In this document: positions 27,399 to 37,606 of the stretch, piece by piece
Position numbering within the stretch: position 1 is the first letter of the stretch
Layout of the letters: the number at the start of each line of letters is the position of its first letter
Assembly: GCA_963810965.1 (NCBI GenBank)
Contig: CAWEPT010000016.1
Coordinates: 5,051-69,050, forward strand
Source: an uncultured delta proteobacterium
GTDB taxonomy: Bacteria; Desulfobacterota; Syntrophia; Syntrophales; UBA2192
Length of the DNA: 64,000 nt
Direction of reading: 5' to 3'
Position numbers and translations under genes: made by a program
Notes under the pieces: generated by a model
What the model was told of the DNA's origin: nothing
What the model saw: the letters and a program-made list of their open reading frames with translations, nothing else
The model's database searches: none

Positions 27399-29288
27399 CT
27401 AGAACCAGTGGTCCGACTTCTTCTTCGCCTCGTACTCCGCCTTCAGGGCGCGCTCGGTGGCCTCGGAGATGAGGTCGACACTCTTGGTCCACTCCTCGAA
27501 GCGGATGTCGACGCCGAAGACCCCCCGGATTTCATCATGCTCGTCGACAATGGGCGCCGAGACGGTGATGCAGAGGGCCCCTGTCATCTTGGAGATGTAG
27601 AAGTCCGTCACGTGGATCTTCCCGGCCTCCATGGGCCGGATGAACCACTCGCGGTTCGAGTAGTCCGTGCCGACGCCGAAGTTCTCGTACTTCGCGCGGT
27701 CCGTGATGTGGGTGATGTTGCGCGTGATCTTTTTGCCGTGCGTGTCGACGACGTAGGCGAACTGGATCGAGGGGTTCTCGTCGATGAACTGCTGCATGAT
27801 CGGCTCCTGCATCTCCGGGTTCATCGCCTTCATGACGGGGTGGTCGATGACCTGCTGCACGACCGCAACGGCGGCCTGGGCCGCGCGGTACTTGATCTTC
27901 TCGAGATCGGACATGAAGAGCTCGGGGAGGAACTTGCGGACGACCTTCTCCATCTCGTCGTTGGAGATGCTCGTCATGCGGCCCCCCTCGTACTGCTTCA
28001 TGACCCACTTGTGGATCGCCGAGATGCCGGGGTGGCGCTTGTCGATGAGCTCCCCGTTCTTGAGGTCGAGCCGGGAGTTGATCCAGTGGACGATTCCCGC
28101 CTTGCCCGACTTGTCGGTGATCTCGAGCATGATGGGGCGTTTCAGGATCTTCGTCGTGTCGAAGATGTTGTAGATCTCCTCGTTCTTCACGAGACCGTCG
28201 AGGTGCACACCCGCCCGGGTGACGTTGAACTCGGAGCCGACAAAGGGGTAGTTGGGGGCGATCTTGAAGTTCATCTCGCGCCGGACGTAGTCGGCGATCT
28301 CCGTGATCACCGTGGTGTCGATCCCGTGGTTTTCGCCGTGAAGCTGGATGTACTCGAAGATGAGGCCCTCGACGGGCGGGTTTCCCGTGCGCTCGCCGAT
28401 GCCCATCAGGGTGCCGTTGGCGCCGCTGCAGCCATAGAGCCACGCCGTCGTGGCATTGATCAGGGCCTTGTGGAAATCGTTGTGGCCGTGCCACTCGAGC
28501 AGGTGCCCGGGGACCCCCGCGTCCTCGATGAAGGCCCGGACGATCTTGTCCACGCTTCGGGGCAGGGCCGCACCGGGATAGGTGATCCCGTAGCCCATGG
28601 TGTCGCAGAGGCGGATCTTGACGTCGATGCCGCTCTGCTCGCGCAGTTTCATCAGCTCGATGGCAAAGGGGATCGCGAACCCGTAGATGTCCGCCCGGGT
28701 GAGATCCTCGAAATGGCACCGGGCGACGATACCCGCCTCGAGGATGGAGCGCACCACGTCGAGATACATCTCCATGGCCTGCTTGCGTGTGACGCCCAGC
28801 TTGAGGAAGATGTGATAGTCCGACACCGACGTGAGGATGCCCGTCTCCTTGAGGCCCATCTCCTTGACCAGGGGGACGTCCTCCTTGACGGCGCGGATCC
28901 AGCCGGTGATTTCCGGGTAGCGCAGGTTCTGGCTGCGGCAGGCCTCGAGGGCTTCGCGGTCGCGCTGGCTGTACAGGAAGAACTCCGTCTGGCGGATCAC
29001 GCCCTTCTCGCCGCCGAGCCGGCTCATCATCTTGAACAGGTCGGCGATCTGCTTGGCCGTGTAGGGCGGCCTGGCCTGCTGGCCGTCCCGGAAGGTCGTG
29101 TCGGTGATGAAGATGTCCTCGGCGGGGCTCATCATGACGAGCTTGTGATCGAAGACGATGCGGCAGACCTCGTCGTAGGGGAAGACGTCTTTCTGGAGGT
29201 TCGGCTGATCGACGTCCTTCACTTCATAGCGCCAGAATTTCGTGTGCTCGTGATCGAGGACCTTCTTTTCCTTGTTCCACTTTGCCAT
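27399..29288 (-). CDS. HMGL-like (DRE-TIM) Claisen-condensing synthase of the homocitrate/isopropylmalate/Re-citrate synthase family, with a C-terminal Cache/PDC-like domain
   Basis: GGGAGAAG RBS and ATG at 29288 (MAKWNKEKKV). FITDTTFRDGQQ, HFEDLTRAD, EWHGHNDFHKALIN, GIGERTGN. C-terminal DYSNREWFIRPMEAGKIHVTDFYISKMTGALCITVSAPIVDEHDEIRGVFGVDIRF is a typical Cache core. Confidence 0.75.
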   Translation of the reverse strand: MAKWNKEKKVLDHEHTKFWRYEVKDVDQPNLQKDVFPYDEVCRIVFDHKLVMMSPAEDIFITDTTFRDGQQARPPYTAKQIADLFKMMSRLGGEKGVIRQTEFFLYSQRDREALEACRSQNLRYPEITGWIRAVKEDVPLVKEMGLKETGILTSVSDYHIFLKLGVTRKQAMEMYLDVVRSILEAGIVARCHFEDLTRADIYGFAIPFAIELMKLREQSGIDVKIRLCDTMGYGITYPGAALPRSVDKIVRAFIEDAGVPGHLLEWHGHNDFHKALINATTAWLYGCSGANGTLMGIGERTGNPPVEGLIFEYIQLHGENHGIDTTVITEIADYVRREMNFKIAPNYPFVGSEFNVTRAGVHLDGLVKNEEIYNIFDTTKILKRPIMLEITDKSGKAGIVHWINSRLDLKNGELIDKRHPGISAIHKWVMKQYEGGRMTSISNDEMEKVVRKFLPELFMSDLEKIKYRAAQAAVAVVQQVIDHPVMKAMNPEMQEPIMQQFIDENPSIQFAYVVDTHGKKITRNITHITDRAKYENFGVGTDYSNREWFIRPMEAGKIHVTDFYISKMTGALCITVSAPIVDEHDEIRGVFGVDIRFEEWTKSVDLISEATERALKAEYEAKKKSDHWF

Positions 29289-29363
29289 GTTGCTTCTCCC
29301 TGCACCTGCGTTGAGTGTGTGGATGGATCGGCCGGGCGGCTTTCGACTGCCCGGTCCCGGTGA

Positions 29364-29400
29364 AATAAAAAAGGGAGGAAACGCTTTGATGTTCCCTCCC
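29364..29400 (-). terminator. terminator-like hairpin inside the aspS-synthase spacer
   Basis: Minus strand GGGAGGGAAC...GTTTCCTCCC followed by TTTTTTATTT. It lies 310 nt after the aspS stop and ~75 nt before the synthase ATG. Confidence 0.5.
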
Positions 29401-29709
29401 TGTCTCTTCCCTATCGAAATTGGATTCAACCAGTCATGGAGGGACCACCCCGGGCCGGAGAGATCGTAGGCTGCGGTTCAGCGGCCTTCAGGCATGCCGG
29501 ATCCGGCCTCATTTCAAACCGACGGTTGATGTTCCCGATCTGCACCACGGTGGAATGCCTTCCTTTTTCGCTGTTCCCTCCCCGGTTTCCGGTGAAGGCT
29601 ACCGGGGGAGAAGAACTTCACTGATTCCTTAAAGAATCATCCCGCCTTTGTCAATAGGTAAAAAGAATGTACACGGCTTCGGGCTCGACATGCCGGCCCG
29701 GTCTCCGCT

Positions 29710-31475
29710 TCACTGGACGATCTTCAGCGAGAGCTCCATGAGCTGCTCGATGCTCACCTTCGAGGGCGCATCGGTCATTGCATCGGTTGCCTTCTGCGTC
29801 TTCGGGAAGGCGATGACGTCCCGGATCGACGGGGCGCCCGTCATGATCATGATCAGGCGGTCAAAGCCGAAGGCGATGCCGCCGTGCGGCGGCGTTCCGT
29901 ACTCGAGGGCGTCGAGCAGGAACCCGAACTTGCTGCGCGAATCTTCCGCACTCATCCCCAGTGTCTGGAAGAGCTTCTGCTGGACCTCGGTGCGGTGGAT
30001 CCGGATGCTGCCGCCGCCGATCTCGGTCCCGTTCAGCACCAGGTCGTAGGCCCGGGCACGCGCCTTCGCGGGGTCTGAGTCGAGAAGCGGGAGGTCTTCG
30101 GCCACAGGCGACGTGAAGGGGTGATGCTTGGCCACGAAGCGCTTTTCCGTGTCGCTGTACTCCAGCAGCGGAAACTCGACGACCCATGTGAAGGCAAGCT
30201 GGTCGGGTTGGATCAGGTTGAGCTTTCTGGCCACGTGGATGCGCAGGTTCGCCAGGGCGTCGTTGACGATCCCGGGGTTGTCGGCCACAAAGACGATGAG
30301 GTCGCCCTCGCGGGCTTCCATCGCCTTGTTGATGGTCTGAACCTCTTCGGGCTTGAGGAACTTCACGATGGGCGAGGTCCAGCCGTCGGCGTTCACGCGG
30401 GCCCAGGCAAGGCCCTTGGCGCCGTAATCGGAGACGAAGTTCGTCAGGCCGTCGATGTCCTTGCGGGAAAGCTGCCGGTTGTCCTCGATGCGGATGGCCT
30501 TGACGATGCCGCCGCTTGCGGCCACCTCGTTGAACACCTTGAAGCCGCAGTCCTTCACGATCTCCGTCACGTCGCGGAGCTCCATGGCGAAGCGGGTGTC
30601 GGGGTTGTCCCGGCCGTAGCGCTCCATGGCGTCCTGGTAGGTGATCCGCGGGAAGGGGGTCTTGAGCTCCCGGCCCGTCCCGGCCTTGAAGATGTGGGCC
30701 ATGAGGCCTTCCATGGTCGCGATGATGTCCTCTTCGTTGATGAAGGACATCTCCACGTCGATCTGGGTGAACTCGGGCTGGCGGTCGGCCCGCAGGTCTT
30801 CGTCACGGAAACACTTGACGATCTGGAAATAGCGGTCAAAGCCCGAAATCATCAGGAGCTGCTTGAACGTCTGCGGCGACTGGGGAAGCGCATAGAACGT
30901 GCCCTGGTTGACGCGGCTGGGCACCAGGTAGTCGCGGGCGCCCTCGGGCGTGCTCTTCGCGAGCATGGGCGTCTCCACCTCGATGAATCCCTGCGAGTTG
31001 AAGTACTCCCGCGTCGCGGCGGCCACGCGGCTCCTCAGGATGATGTTGCGCTGCAGCTCCGGCCTGCGCAAATCGAGGTAGCGGTACTTGAGCCGGATGT
31101 TTTCCGAGATCTCCACGTCGGCATCGAGCACGAAGGGGGGTGTTTTCGCCTCGCTGAGGATGTCGAGCGTATTGACCAGCACCTCGATCTCGCCGGTGGG
31201 CAGCTCGGGGTTTTCCATCCCTTCGGGCGTTTGCGCACCGTTCCCTTCAGGGCCAGGACGTATTCGCTGCGGATGCGATGGGCCTCCCGGTGGGAATCGG
31301 CATGGGCCTCCGGGTTGAAGACGACCTGAACGATGCCTTCGCGGTCGCGCAGGTCGACGAAGATGACCCCGCCGTGGTCGCGGCGGCGATGCACCCAGCC
31401 CATCAGGACCACTTCTTTTCCTGCGTCGTCCGCCTTGAGGTGCCCGCAGTAATGGGTTCTTTTGATTTTCGATAT
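29710..31475 (-). CDS. aspS: aspartate--tRNA ligase; one frame change near 31215; no recognisable start codon
   Basis: ...[45 protein letters not shown] (ORF 31035..31625) joins ORF 29710..31218. [45 protein letters not shown]. The codon where Met is expected is ATA (31475-31473). Confidence 0.85.
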
Positions 31476-31479
31476 GAAA

Positions 31480-33273
31480 TCAGACGTCGTGGAAACCGCC
31501 CCCGTCGACAAGCATCCGTTTCCCGCCGGGAAATTCGACGAGGGCGCAACTGGCGTGGCCCACATCGAGGAAGGTGACGCGCAACGTGTCCCGGTTCTGA
31601 AGTTTCCGGTGAAGCCAGGCGGCATCGCCGGCCAGGAACATAAAGGCCAGCGCCATCACTGCCAGGGCCTTCCGCCGGGTCCGGAAGATGGGGAGTTCCC
31701 CTGAGGTGCGACCGGGCAGGCCCATCAGCAGGGCCGCTGTGATCAGGATGGCATAATAGGCCGCAAGTTCGGGGATCGTGGGTGTCGTGATGATGGAAGA
31801 CGAACCGGGGATCGAGGCGAGCCAGTCGTTGAGATCCAGGCAAAGACGGGTCAGCGCCGCGGTCATGTCGATGAGCAGTGCCGAAAGGGTCTCGGACAGC
31901 GGAGCGACGAGGATGAGCACCATGGAAAGAGGCAGGACGACAAAGCCGAGAATCGGCACGAGAAGAAGGTTGGCCACGAGGGTGATGTTGGAGATGCGGT
32001 TGAAGTAGTACACGATAAAGGGCAGGGTGCCCAACGTGCAGGCAGCAGAGACGGCAACAAAAAGGAGAAGGTCGGCAGTGATTTTCCTGCCCAGTCTCGC
32101 GGGGCGCCCTTCCGCTTTGTTTTTCCATGCCGTCAGCCGCTCCGTGATGCCCGGCATGAACAGCAGGATCGACGCCACAGCCGTGAAGGAAAGCTGGAAG
32201 GAGATGTCGAAAAGGGCGGCCGGGGACACCACCAGGATCGCGAAGGCGGCCAGCGCAAGGGTGTTGAAGAGATCCCTTCCGCGGCCCATCAGGATCGTGA
32301 GGAGCAGGGCCAGCGTCATGAGCAGGGCCCTCACCGTCGACATGCCGAGCCCCGCGACGAAGGCGTAGAAGACAACGGGTGCGAAGGCGAACAGGGCCGA
32401 GAGCTTCTGGATGTTGAACCGCAGAAGCAGGGTTTCCGAGGTTTTCAGGAGCGTCCGGATGAGAAAGAAGGCGATGAGGGCGATGATCCCCACGTTGAAG
32501 CCCGAAATGGCGATGATGTGGGAGGTCCCCGTCCGGTTGAACCGATCCTGAATCGCCCGCGGGATCTCGCTCTGCTCCCCGAGGGTCATGGCCTGGATGA
32601 GGGTCCCCTCGGGGAAGGGGGCCTGGGCACGGATGCGGTCGCGGATCCGGGTGCGGAACTGCTCCAGGGCCTGCCTCATGGGATCACCCTGACCCTCGCG
32701 GATCAGGACGATCTTCCGGGGGTCGTTTACGAAACCCCTCACCCGGATCCCCTGGAGCCGGAGGTAGCGCTCGTAGTCGAAGGCGCCGGGGTTCCCGAAG
32801 CTCCGGGGGTGCTTCAGGCGCGTCTCCGTCCGGATGAGATCGCCGACTTTGAAAAGACGCGTGTTCTCCCCGACGGAGAGCAGAAGCTTTCCGCTCACGC
32901 CACGGGAAAACCCTTCGCCCGAAACCCGCGAGGCCTCCAGTACGAGTGACGTCCTGTCCTCGGAGACCCTCGGGTTTTCCGAAACCATCCCGTCGAGGAC
33001 AATTTTCCCTTTTTCAGCCCAGTGCGCGATGTGATCCGCCGCGGGGTCGTCGTAAAGGATCGTGCCGATCCCCTGGATTCCGAGGGTGAAGAAACAGATT
33101 CCGATCAGGCAGAAGGCGGCGGCATGCCGGCGGGTGATGAAAGCGAGCAGGGACAGGATGAGGCCCGCCGCGAGGGATCCCAGGACCCACGGCCGGGGGA
33201 TTTCGGTGGCGTACCCGAGTACGATACCGCCGATGAAGAAAAGAAGAAGGATGGGAAGGGGACGCTTGATCAT
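31480..33273 (-). CDS. comEC: ComEC/Rec2 competence channel protein, cut off at the start of its metallo-beta-lactamase domain
   Basis: ATG at 33273 ([16 protein letters not shown]). DUF4131-like and Competence-domain TM regions ([16 protein letters not shown]). It ends ...[34 protein letters not shown], where full-length homologues continue for ~200 more residues. Confidence 0.75.
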   Translation of the reverse strand: MIKRPLPILLLFFIGGIVLGYATEIPRPWVLGSLAAGLILSLLAFITRRHAAAFCLIGICFFTLGIQGIGTILYDDPAADHIAHWAEKGKIVLDGMVSENPRVSEDRTSLVLEASRVSGEGFSRGVSGKLLLSVGENTRLFKVGDLIRTETRLKHPRSFGNPGAFDYERYLRLQGIRVRGFVNDPRKIVLIREGQGDPMRQALEQFRTRIRDRIRAQAPFPEGTLIQAMTLGEQSEIPRAIQDRFNRTGTSHIIAISGFNVGIIALIAFFLIRTLLKTSETLLLRFNIQKLSALFAFAPVVFYAFVAGLGMSTVRALLMTLALLLTILMGRGRDLFNTLALAAFAILVVSPAALFDISFQLSFTAVASILLFMPGITERLTAWKNKAEGRPARLGRKITADLLLFVAVSAACTLGTLPFIVYYFNRISNITLVANLLLVPILGFVVLPLSMVLILVAPLSETLSALLIDMTAALTRLCLDLNDWLASIPGSSSIITTPTIPELAAYYAILITAALLMGLPGRTSGELPIFRTRRKALAVMALAFMFLAGDAAWLHRKLQNRDTLRVTFLDVGHASCALVEFPGGKRMLVDGGGFHDV

Positions 33274-33306
33274 GCGCCATGCCTGCAGTGCGGATTCAAC
33301 GGAATT

Positions 33307-33348
33307 CCCTGAAACCCTGTACCCTAGACCCTGGACCCGATACCCTGC
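33307..33348. repeat. ACCCTGN heptamer array (six G3 tracts on the minus strand)
   Basis: CCCTGAAACCCTGTACCCTAGACCCTGGACCCGATACCCTGC, in the divergent comEC/kinase spacer. Confidence 0.85.
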
Positions 33349-33432
33349 GCAGCTTGAGGTCAAAACACATTCGCGGGCGCCTGTCAACGGGTTGAGGCAG
33401 GAAAAGCTAAAGATTGCCGGAAATGTGACGAA

Positions 33433-33500
33433 AGTAACAGGTGAAACCTTTTTGTTTAGAACCTGCGATATGCCGAGGAGTAACAGGTGAAACCTTTTTG
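33433..33500 (+). promoter_or_regulatory. two perfect 22-bp direct repeats AGTAACAGGTGAAACCTTTTTG, 46 bp apart
   Basis: Copies at 33433-33454 and 33479-33500, 60-125 nt upstream of the kinase start. Confidence 0.6.
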
Positions 33501-33559
33501 CCACAACCCCTGCCCGGAGGGCGGGATTTAGGCAACGTCAGAGGGGTCATTTCGCGCTA

Positions 33560-35320
33560 GTGACGGAAAATCAGCTCATCGAAAAGGATCAGGTCGAGAG
33601 GAACACCCGGTGGATCGTCTTTTCGCGGATCGCCGTCGTTTCCTATTTTCTCGGCGTGACGATTTTCATTCAGTTCCGGTCCGTCAGGCAACTGCCGGAG
33701 GAGTTGCTGTGGGCCAGTTATATTCTCATCTCGGCCGTGTACATCTTTTCGGTCGTATGCCTCGTCCTGCCCAAGACGACGCGCTATTTCCGGATGAATA
33801 TCGCCATCCAGTCCGTCTTCGATGTGATCTTCGTGACAGGGATCGTCCTGCTCACGGGCGGGATCGACAGCGTCTATTCGGTCCTCTACTCGCTCGTGAT
33901 CATCTACTCGACCCTGTTCATGGGCCGCAAGGGAGGGCTCTTCATCGCGGCCCTGAGCAGCCTGTGCTACGTGGTGCTCATCAACCTCGACATCTCCGCC
34001 ATCTACGAGTTCCTCTACGACGAGGGGATCGTCCCCAGGGGGGAACTGACCCGGAGCTACATCCTCACACGGGCCATTACCCATGTGGCCTCTTTTTTCC
34101 TCATGGCTCTGCTGACAAGCTTCGTCGTCGAGCAGGAGCGCAAGACCAAGCGCCTGCTGGCGGAAAAGGTTACAGCCTTCGACCGGCTCGATCTGCTGCA
34201 CCGCAGCATCATCGAGTCCGTCGACACGGGCATCCTGACGGTCAACCTCGAGGGGCATATCCGCTCCTTCAACCGTGCCGCCGAGGAGATCTCCGGTTAC
34301 GCCTCCGGAGAGGTCGGCAACCGCAGCATCGAGGAAATCTTTCCGGGGGTCTCGGCCATTATTTCGCCGATAGAGCCTGAAGAGAGGAAGCGCCAAAGGA
34401 AGCGATTCGAGATCGTGATCCGGAAAAAATCCGGGGAGTCCATGATCCTGGGCATCTCCGAATCCCCCCTCTTCGAGCGCGGCGTGAAGATCGGCAGCAT
34501 CCTTATCTTTCAGGATCTGACCTCCTTCAAGGAGATGGAGCGGGAAGGAGAGAAAAACAAGCAATTTGCCTTCATCGGCCAGATGGCGGCGGGGCTCGCC
34601 CACGAACTGCGAACGCCGCTTCAGTCCATCAGCGGCTCCATCCAGATCCTCCGGCGGGACCTGAAACTCGAGCCGACGGACGAGAGGCTCATGCAGGTCA
34701 TTCTCCGGGCGAAGGACCAGATGGAAAGCCTCGTGAGAAATTTCCTCCTCATGGCGCGATCGAACCGGGGCAGGCGGTCGGAGACGGACATCGGCCGGCT
34801 CATCGAGGACGTCATCGAGTCGCTCACCTACGGCGCGGAGTGGAACTCCCGGGTGGAGCTCCGCAAAACCCTCGGGCAGGAGCTGCTGGTGATGGGCGAT
34901 CCCGCCGAGATCCGGCAGATCCTCTGGAATCTGATGATCAACGCCATGCAGTCCATGCCGGAAGGGGGCACGCTCAGCGTCACAGCATGCCCCGACAGGA
35001 TCGACGGGGAGGCGCCGGCCGTGAGGATCGAGATCGGAGATACGGGCTGCGGGATCGACACGGCCGATCTGGAAAAGATCTGGGAGCCCTTCTACACGAC
35101 GAAGGAGCGGGGAAGCGGCCTGGGCCTCGCCATCGTGAGGCGGATCGTCGAGAACCACGGGGGTGCGGTCGCCGTGCGGAGCGACGCCCGGTCGGGCACT
35201 CAATTCTCGATACGGCTCCCCCGGATCGTACCGGATCAGCTTGCCCCGGAGGAAGAGATCGTCCCGGAGGAAAGGAATCTGCCCATGCAGCGTGCGGCGG
35301 CTGGCGGGGCGGCAAACTAA
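33560..35320 (+). CDS. pilS: membrane sensor histidine kinase (PilS-like: multi-TM, PAS, HisKA, HATPase)
   Basis: GTG start. Six N-terminal TM helices. H-box GLAHELRTPLQSISG. N/G boxes NLMINAMQSM and DTGCGI...GSGLGLAIVRRIVENHGG. The symbol is inferred only from the position upstream of pilR-pilA. Confidence 0.7.
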   Translation: MTENQLIEKDQVERNTRWIVFSRIAVVSYFLGVTIFIQFRSVRQLPEELLWASYILISAVYIFSVVCLVLPKTTRYFRMNIAIQSVFDVIFVTGIVLLTGGIDSVYSVLYSLVIIYSTLFMGRKGGLFIAALSSLCYVVLINLDISAIYEFLYDEGIVPRGELTRSYILTRAITHVASFFLMALLTSFVVEQERKTKRLLAEKVTAFDRLDLLHRSIIESVDTGILTVNLEGHIRSFNRAAEEISGYASGEVGNRSIEEIFPGVSAIISPIEPEERKRQRKRFEIVIRKKSGESMILGISESPLFERGVKIGSILIFQDLTSFKEMEREGEKNKQFAFIGQMAAGLAHELRTPLQSISGSIQILRRDLKLEPTDERLMQVILRAKDQMESLVRNFLLMARSNRGRRSETDIGRLIEDVIESLTYGAEWNSRVELRKTLGQELLVMGDPAEIRQILWNLMINAMQSMPEGGTLSVTACPDRIDGEAPAVRIEIGDTGCGIDTADLEKIWEPFYTTKERGSGLGLAIVRRIVENHGGAVAVRSDARSGTQFSIRLPRIVPDQLAPEEEIVPEERNLPMQRAAAGGAAN

Positions 35321-35329
35321 GGAGCGGAT

Positions 35330-36824
35330 ATGGAACGGATCCTCGTTGTCGACGATGACAGGGGCATGCAGGATGTCCTCGATATCATGCTCTCCCGTGC
35401 GGGGTACAAGGTCGCCACGGCCGACGACGGGGCTGCGGCGCTCGACATCATCGGGAAGAAAAAATTCGATCTCGTCATCACGGATCTCAAGATGCCGCGC
35501 GTCGACGGGATCGACCTGCTCAAGGGGATCAAGGAAACGGCGCCGGGTACGGCCGTGATCCTCCTGACGGCCTTTGCATCCGGGGAGACGGCGCTGGCCG
35601 CCATGCGCGAGGGTGCCTACGACTACGTCGAGAAGAACTTCAATGTCGAAGATCTGCTGGCCATCGTCCGGGATGCCCTCGAGAAAAGGGAGGTGGACCG
35701 GAAGGAGAATCCCCTCCCGATACAGCAAGGGGATGACGCCCGGTATTTCGGAACCATGGTGGGCCGCAGCAAGGAGATGCAAAAGGTCTATGCCCTGATC
35801 CGCAAGGTGGCCGACACGCCGGCCAACGCACTCATCCTCGGGGAGAGCGGGACAGGGAAAGAACTGGTGGCCAGGGCCATCCACGACAACAGCGCACGCA
35901 AGGGCAAAGCCCTTTGTGGCCATCAACTGCGGCGGCATCCCGGAGAACCTCCTGGAGAGCGAGCTTTTCGGGTATATGAAGGGCTCCTTCACCGGGGCTT
36001 TTGCGGACCACGCGGGCCTCTTCGAGGTCGCCCGGGGCGGGACGATCTTCCTCGACGAGATCGCCGAGTTGCCCGTCATCCTCCAGGTCAAGCTGCTTCG
36101 CGTCGTACAGGAGAAGGCCGTCCGCAGGATCGGCGGCTCCGAGGACATCAAGGTCGACGTCCGGATCGTCTCGGCGACGAACCAGCACCTCCAGGAGAAG
36201 GTGAAGCAGGGCGAATTCCGCGAGGACCTCTACTTCCGGCTCAACGTGATCCCGATCCACATCCCGCCGCTGAGAAAACGCAGGGAGGATATCCCGCTTC
36301 TGGCGCAGTACTTCATCGAGAAATACGCAAAGGAGTTCGGCAAGGAGGTCAAGAGGATCTCCACGTACGCCCTGGAGCTGCTCATGCGCTACCCGTTTCC
36401 GGGAAACATCCGGGAGCTGGAGAACATCATCGAGCGCAGCGTCGCCCTGGAGAGCTCGAGCATCATCCTGCCCGAGAACCTGATCATCGCGGAAGAGGGC
36501 AACGGCGCGGCCGCCCCGAGCGGGCCCGCGGGGGAGTTCCCGGAGACAGGGGTCGATCTCAACGGGGAACTGGAGCGCTTCGAGCGGGAGATCATCCGCA
36601 AGGCCCTCGAGAAGGCGAAAGGGTCCAAGACGAAGGCGGCCTCGCTTCTCGGGGTGAGTTTCCCCAGCCTCCGGCACCGAATCGAGAAGCTCAACATGGA
36701 GAACGGGGAAGGGGAAGGGAAGAGTGATGAAGATCAGCAGGAGCTGATGAGAATCATCACTTTCTTCCGGTTTCCGAAGGGTTGGAAGCGATGCGCAGGA
36801 AGACGGATGATAATTTGTAAGTAA
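35330..36824 (+). CDS. pilR: sigma54-dependent response regulator (NtrC/PilR type), one frame change near 35907
   Basis: Receiver ILVVDDD...[13 protein letters not shown]+ [53 protein letters not shown]. Removing one base in GCCCTTTG restores [13 protein letters not shown]. Confidence 0.8.
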
Positions 36825-36870
36825 CTGATATCATGATGAAATACAAGAATATAGAAAAAAATACATGCTG

Positions 36871-36886
36871 TGGCATGCGATTTGCT
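36871..36886 (+). promoter_or_regulatory. sigma54 promoter upstream of the pilin genes
   Basis: TGGCAT-GCGAT-TTGCT, an exact fit to GG-N10-GC, 135 nt before the pilin ATG at 37021. Confidence 0.75.
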
Positions 36887-37020
36887 CAATCAGGGTCAGA
36901 ACGAAAAAATCACGACAAGGGGGGCAAAGAAAAAAAACAGTTCGGTCTAAAAGTTATCGAAGAAGAAGACGATAGTAATCTAGGAAAAATACAGGAAAGA
37001 AAATCGAACAGGAGGTTATC

Positions 37021-37429
37021 ATGATCAGTTATTTCGCGAAAAAGAGAAACAAGAAGGGCTTCACGCTGATCGAACTCATGATCGTCGTGGCCATCATCGC
37101 CATCCTGGCGGCCATCGCCATCCCGCAGTTCACGGCATACAGGCTCAGCGCGGCTTCAGGGCCGAGCTCAAGGCGGACCTGAAGAACGCCTACACGGCGG
37201 CGCAGGCCTACTTCTCCGACTTCCCCACGGCTACTGTCGGCGCCCTAGCCAAGCTGACGGCCTCGGGCTATCAGAAGTCGCCCAACGTCGGCTTCGCGTC
37301 CGGCAACATGACCGTCTACGACGGGCACACATCACGCTGTCTCACGCCTCGCTGCCCAGCGGCAAGACGACCGGCACGGTCACGAGCGGCGGCATCATCA
37401 CCATGCCCGATGATGTGAGAATAGGTTAG
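37021..37429 (+). pseudogene. type IV pilin paralogue, disrupted by two 2-nt insertions relative to the downstream copy
   Basis: [37 protein letters not shown], then a premature stop after 53 codons. The rest of the pilin sequence is readable in the other two frames ([25 protein letters not shown]..., ...[25 protein letters not shown]). Confidence 0.7.
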
Positions 37430-37606
37430 ACCTGATCCTAACGGTAACGATATCAACTGAAAAGGACGGGCGGCAGCAAAGCGATGGTTGACCCTGGTTT
37501 ATGTTAAAGAAGGCAGTTCGGTCTGAGAAAGCGAGACGATCAGGAATCGAAGAGAAGCGCATGGCATAAAACAAATGAAATAATCAAGATTCGACAGGAG
37601 GTTATC

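Noticed and set aside
27333-29363. Very long ORFs lying opposite well-supported genes: 27333..29363 +, 24140..25813 -, 33557..36151 -, 44288..46192 -, 50223..51731 -, 57573..59309 -, 54013..55527 +, 30121..31329 +, 7149..8009 -.
   Set aside because: They are shadow frames of GC-rich genes. Their translations are low-complexity (R/G/D/L/V/H/P-rich) with no recognisable motifs, whereas the opposite strand encodes clear family signatures.
36833-37024. A 63-aa Lys-rich ORF between pilR and the pilin gene.
   Set aside because: It overlaps the sigma54 promoter and the A-rich pilin leader. Its composition reflects the A-rich non-coding sequence, and there is no RBS.
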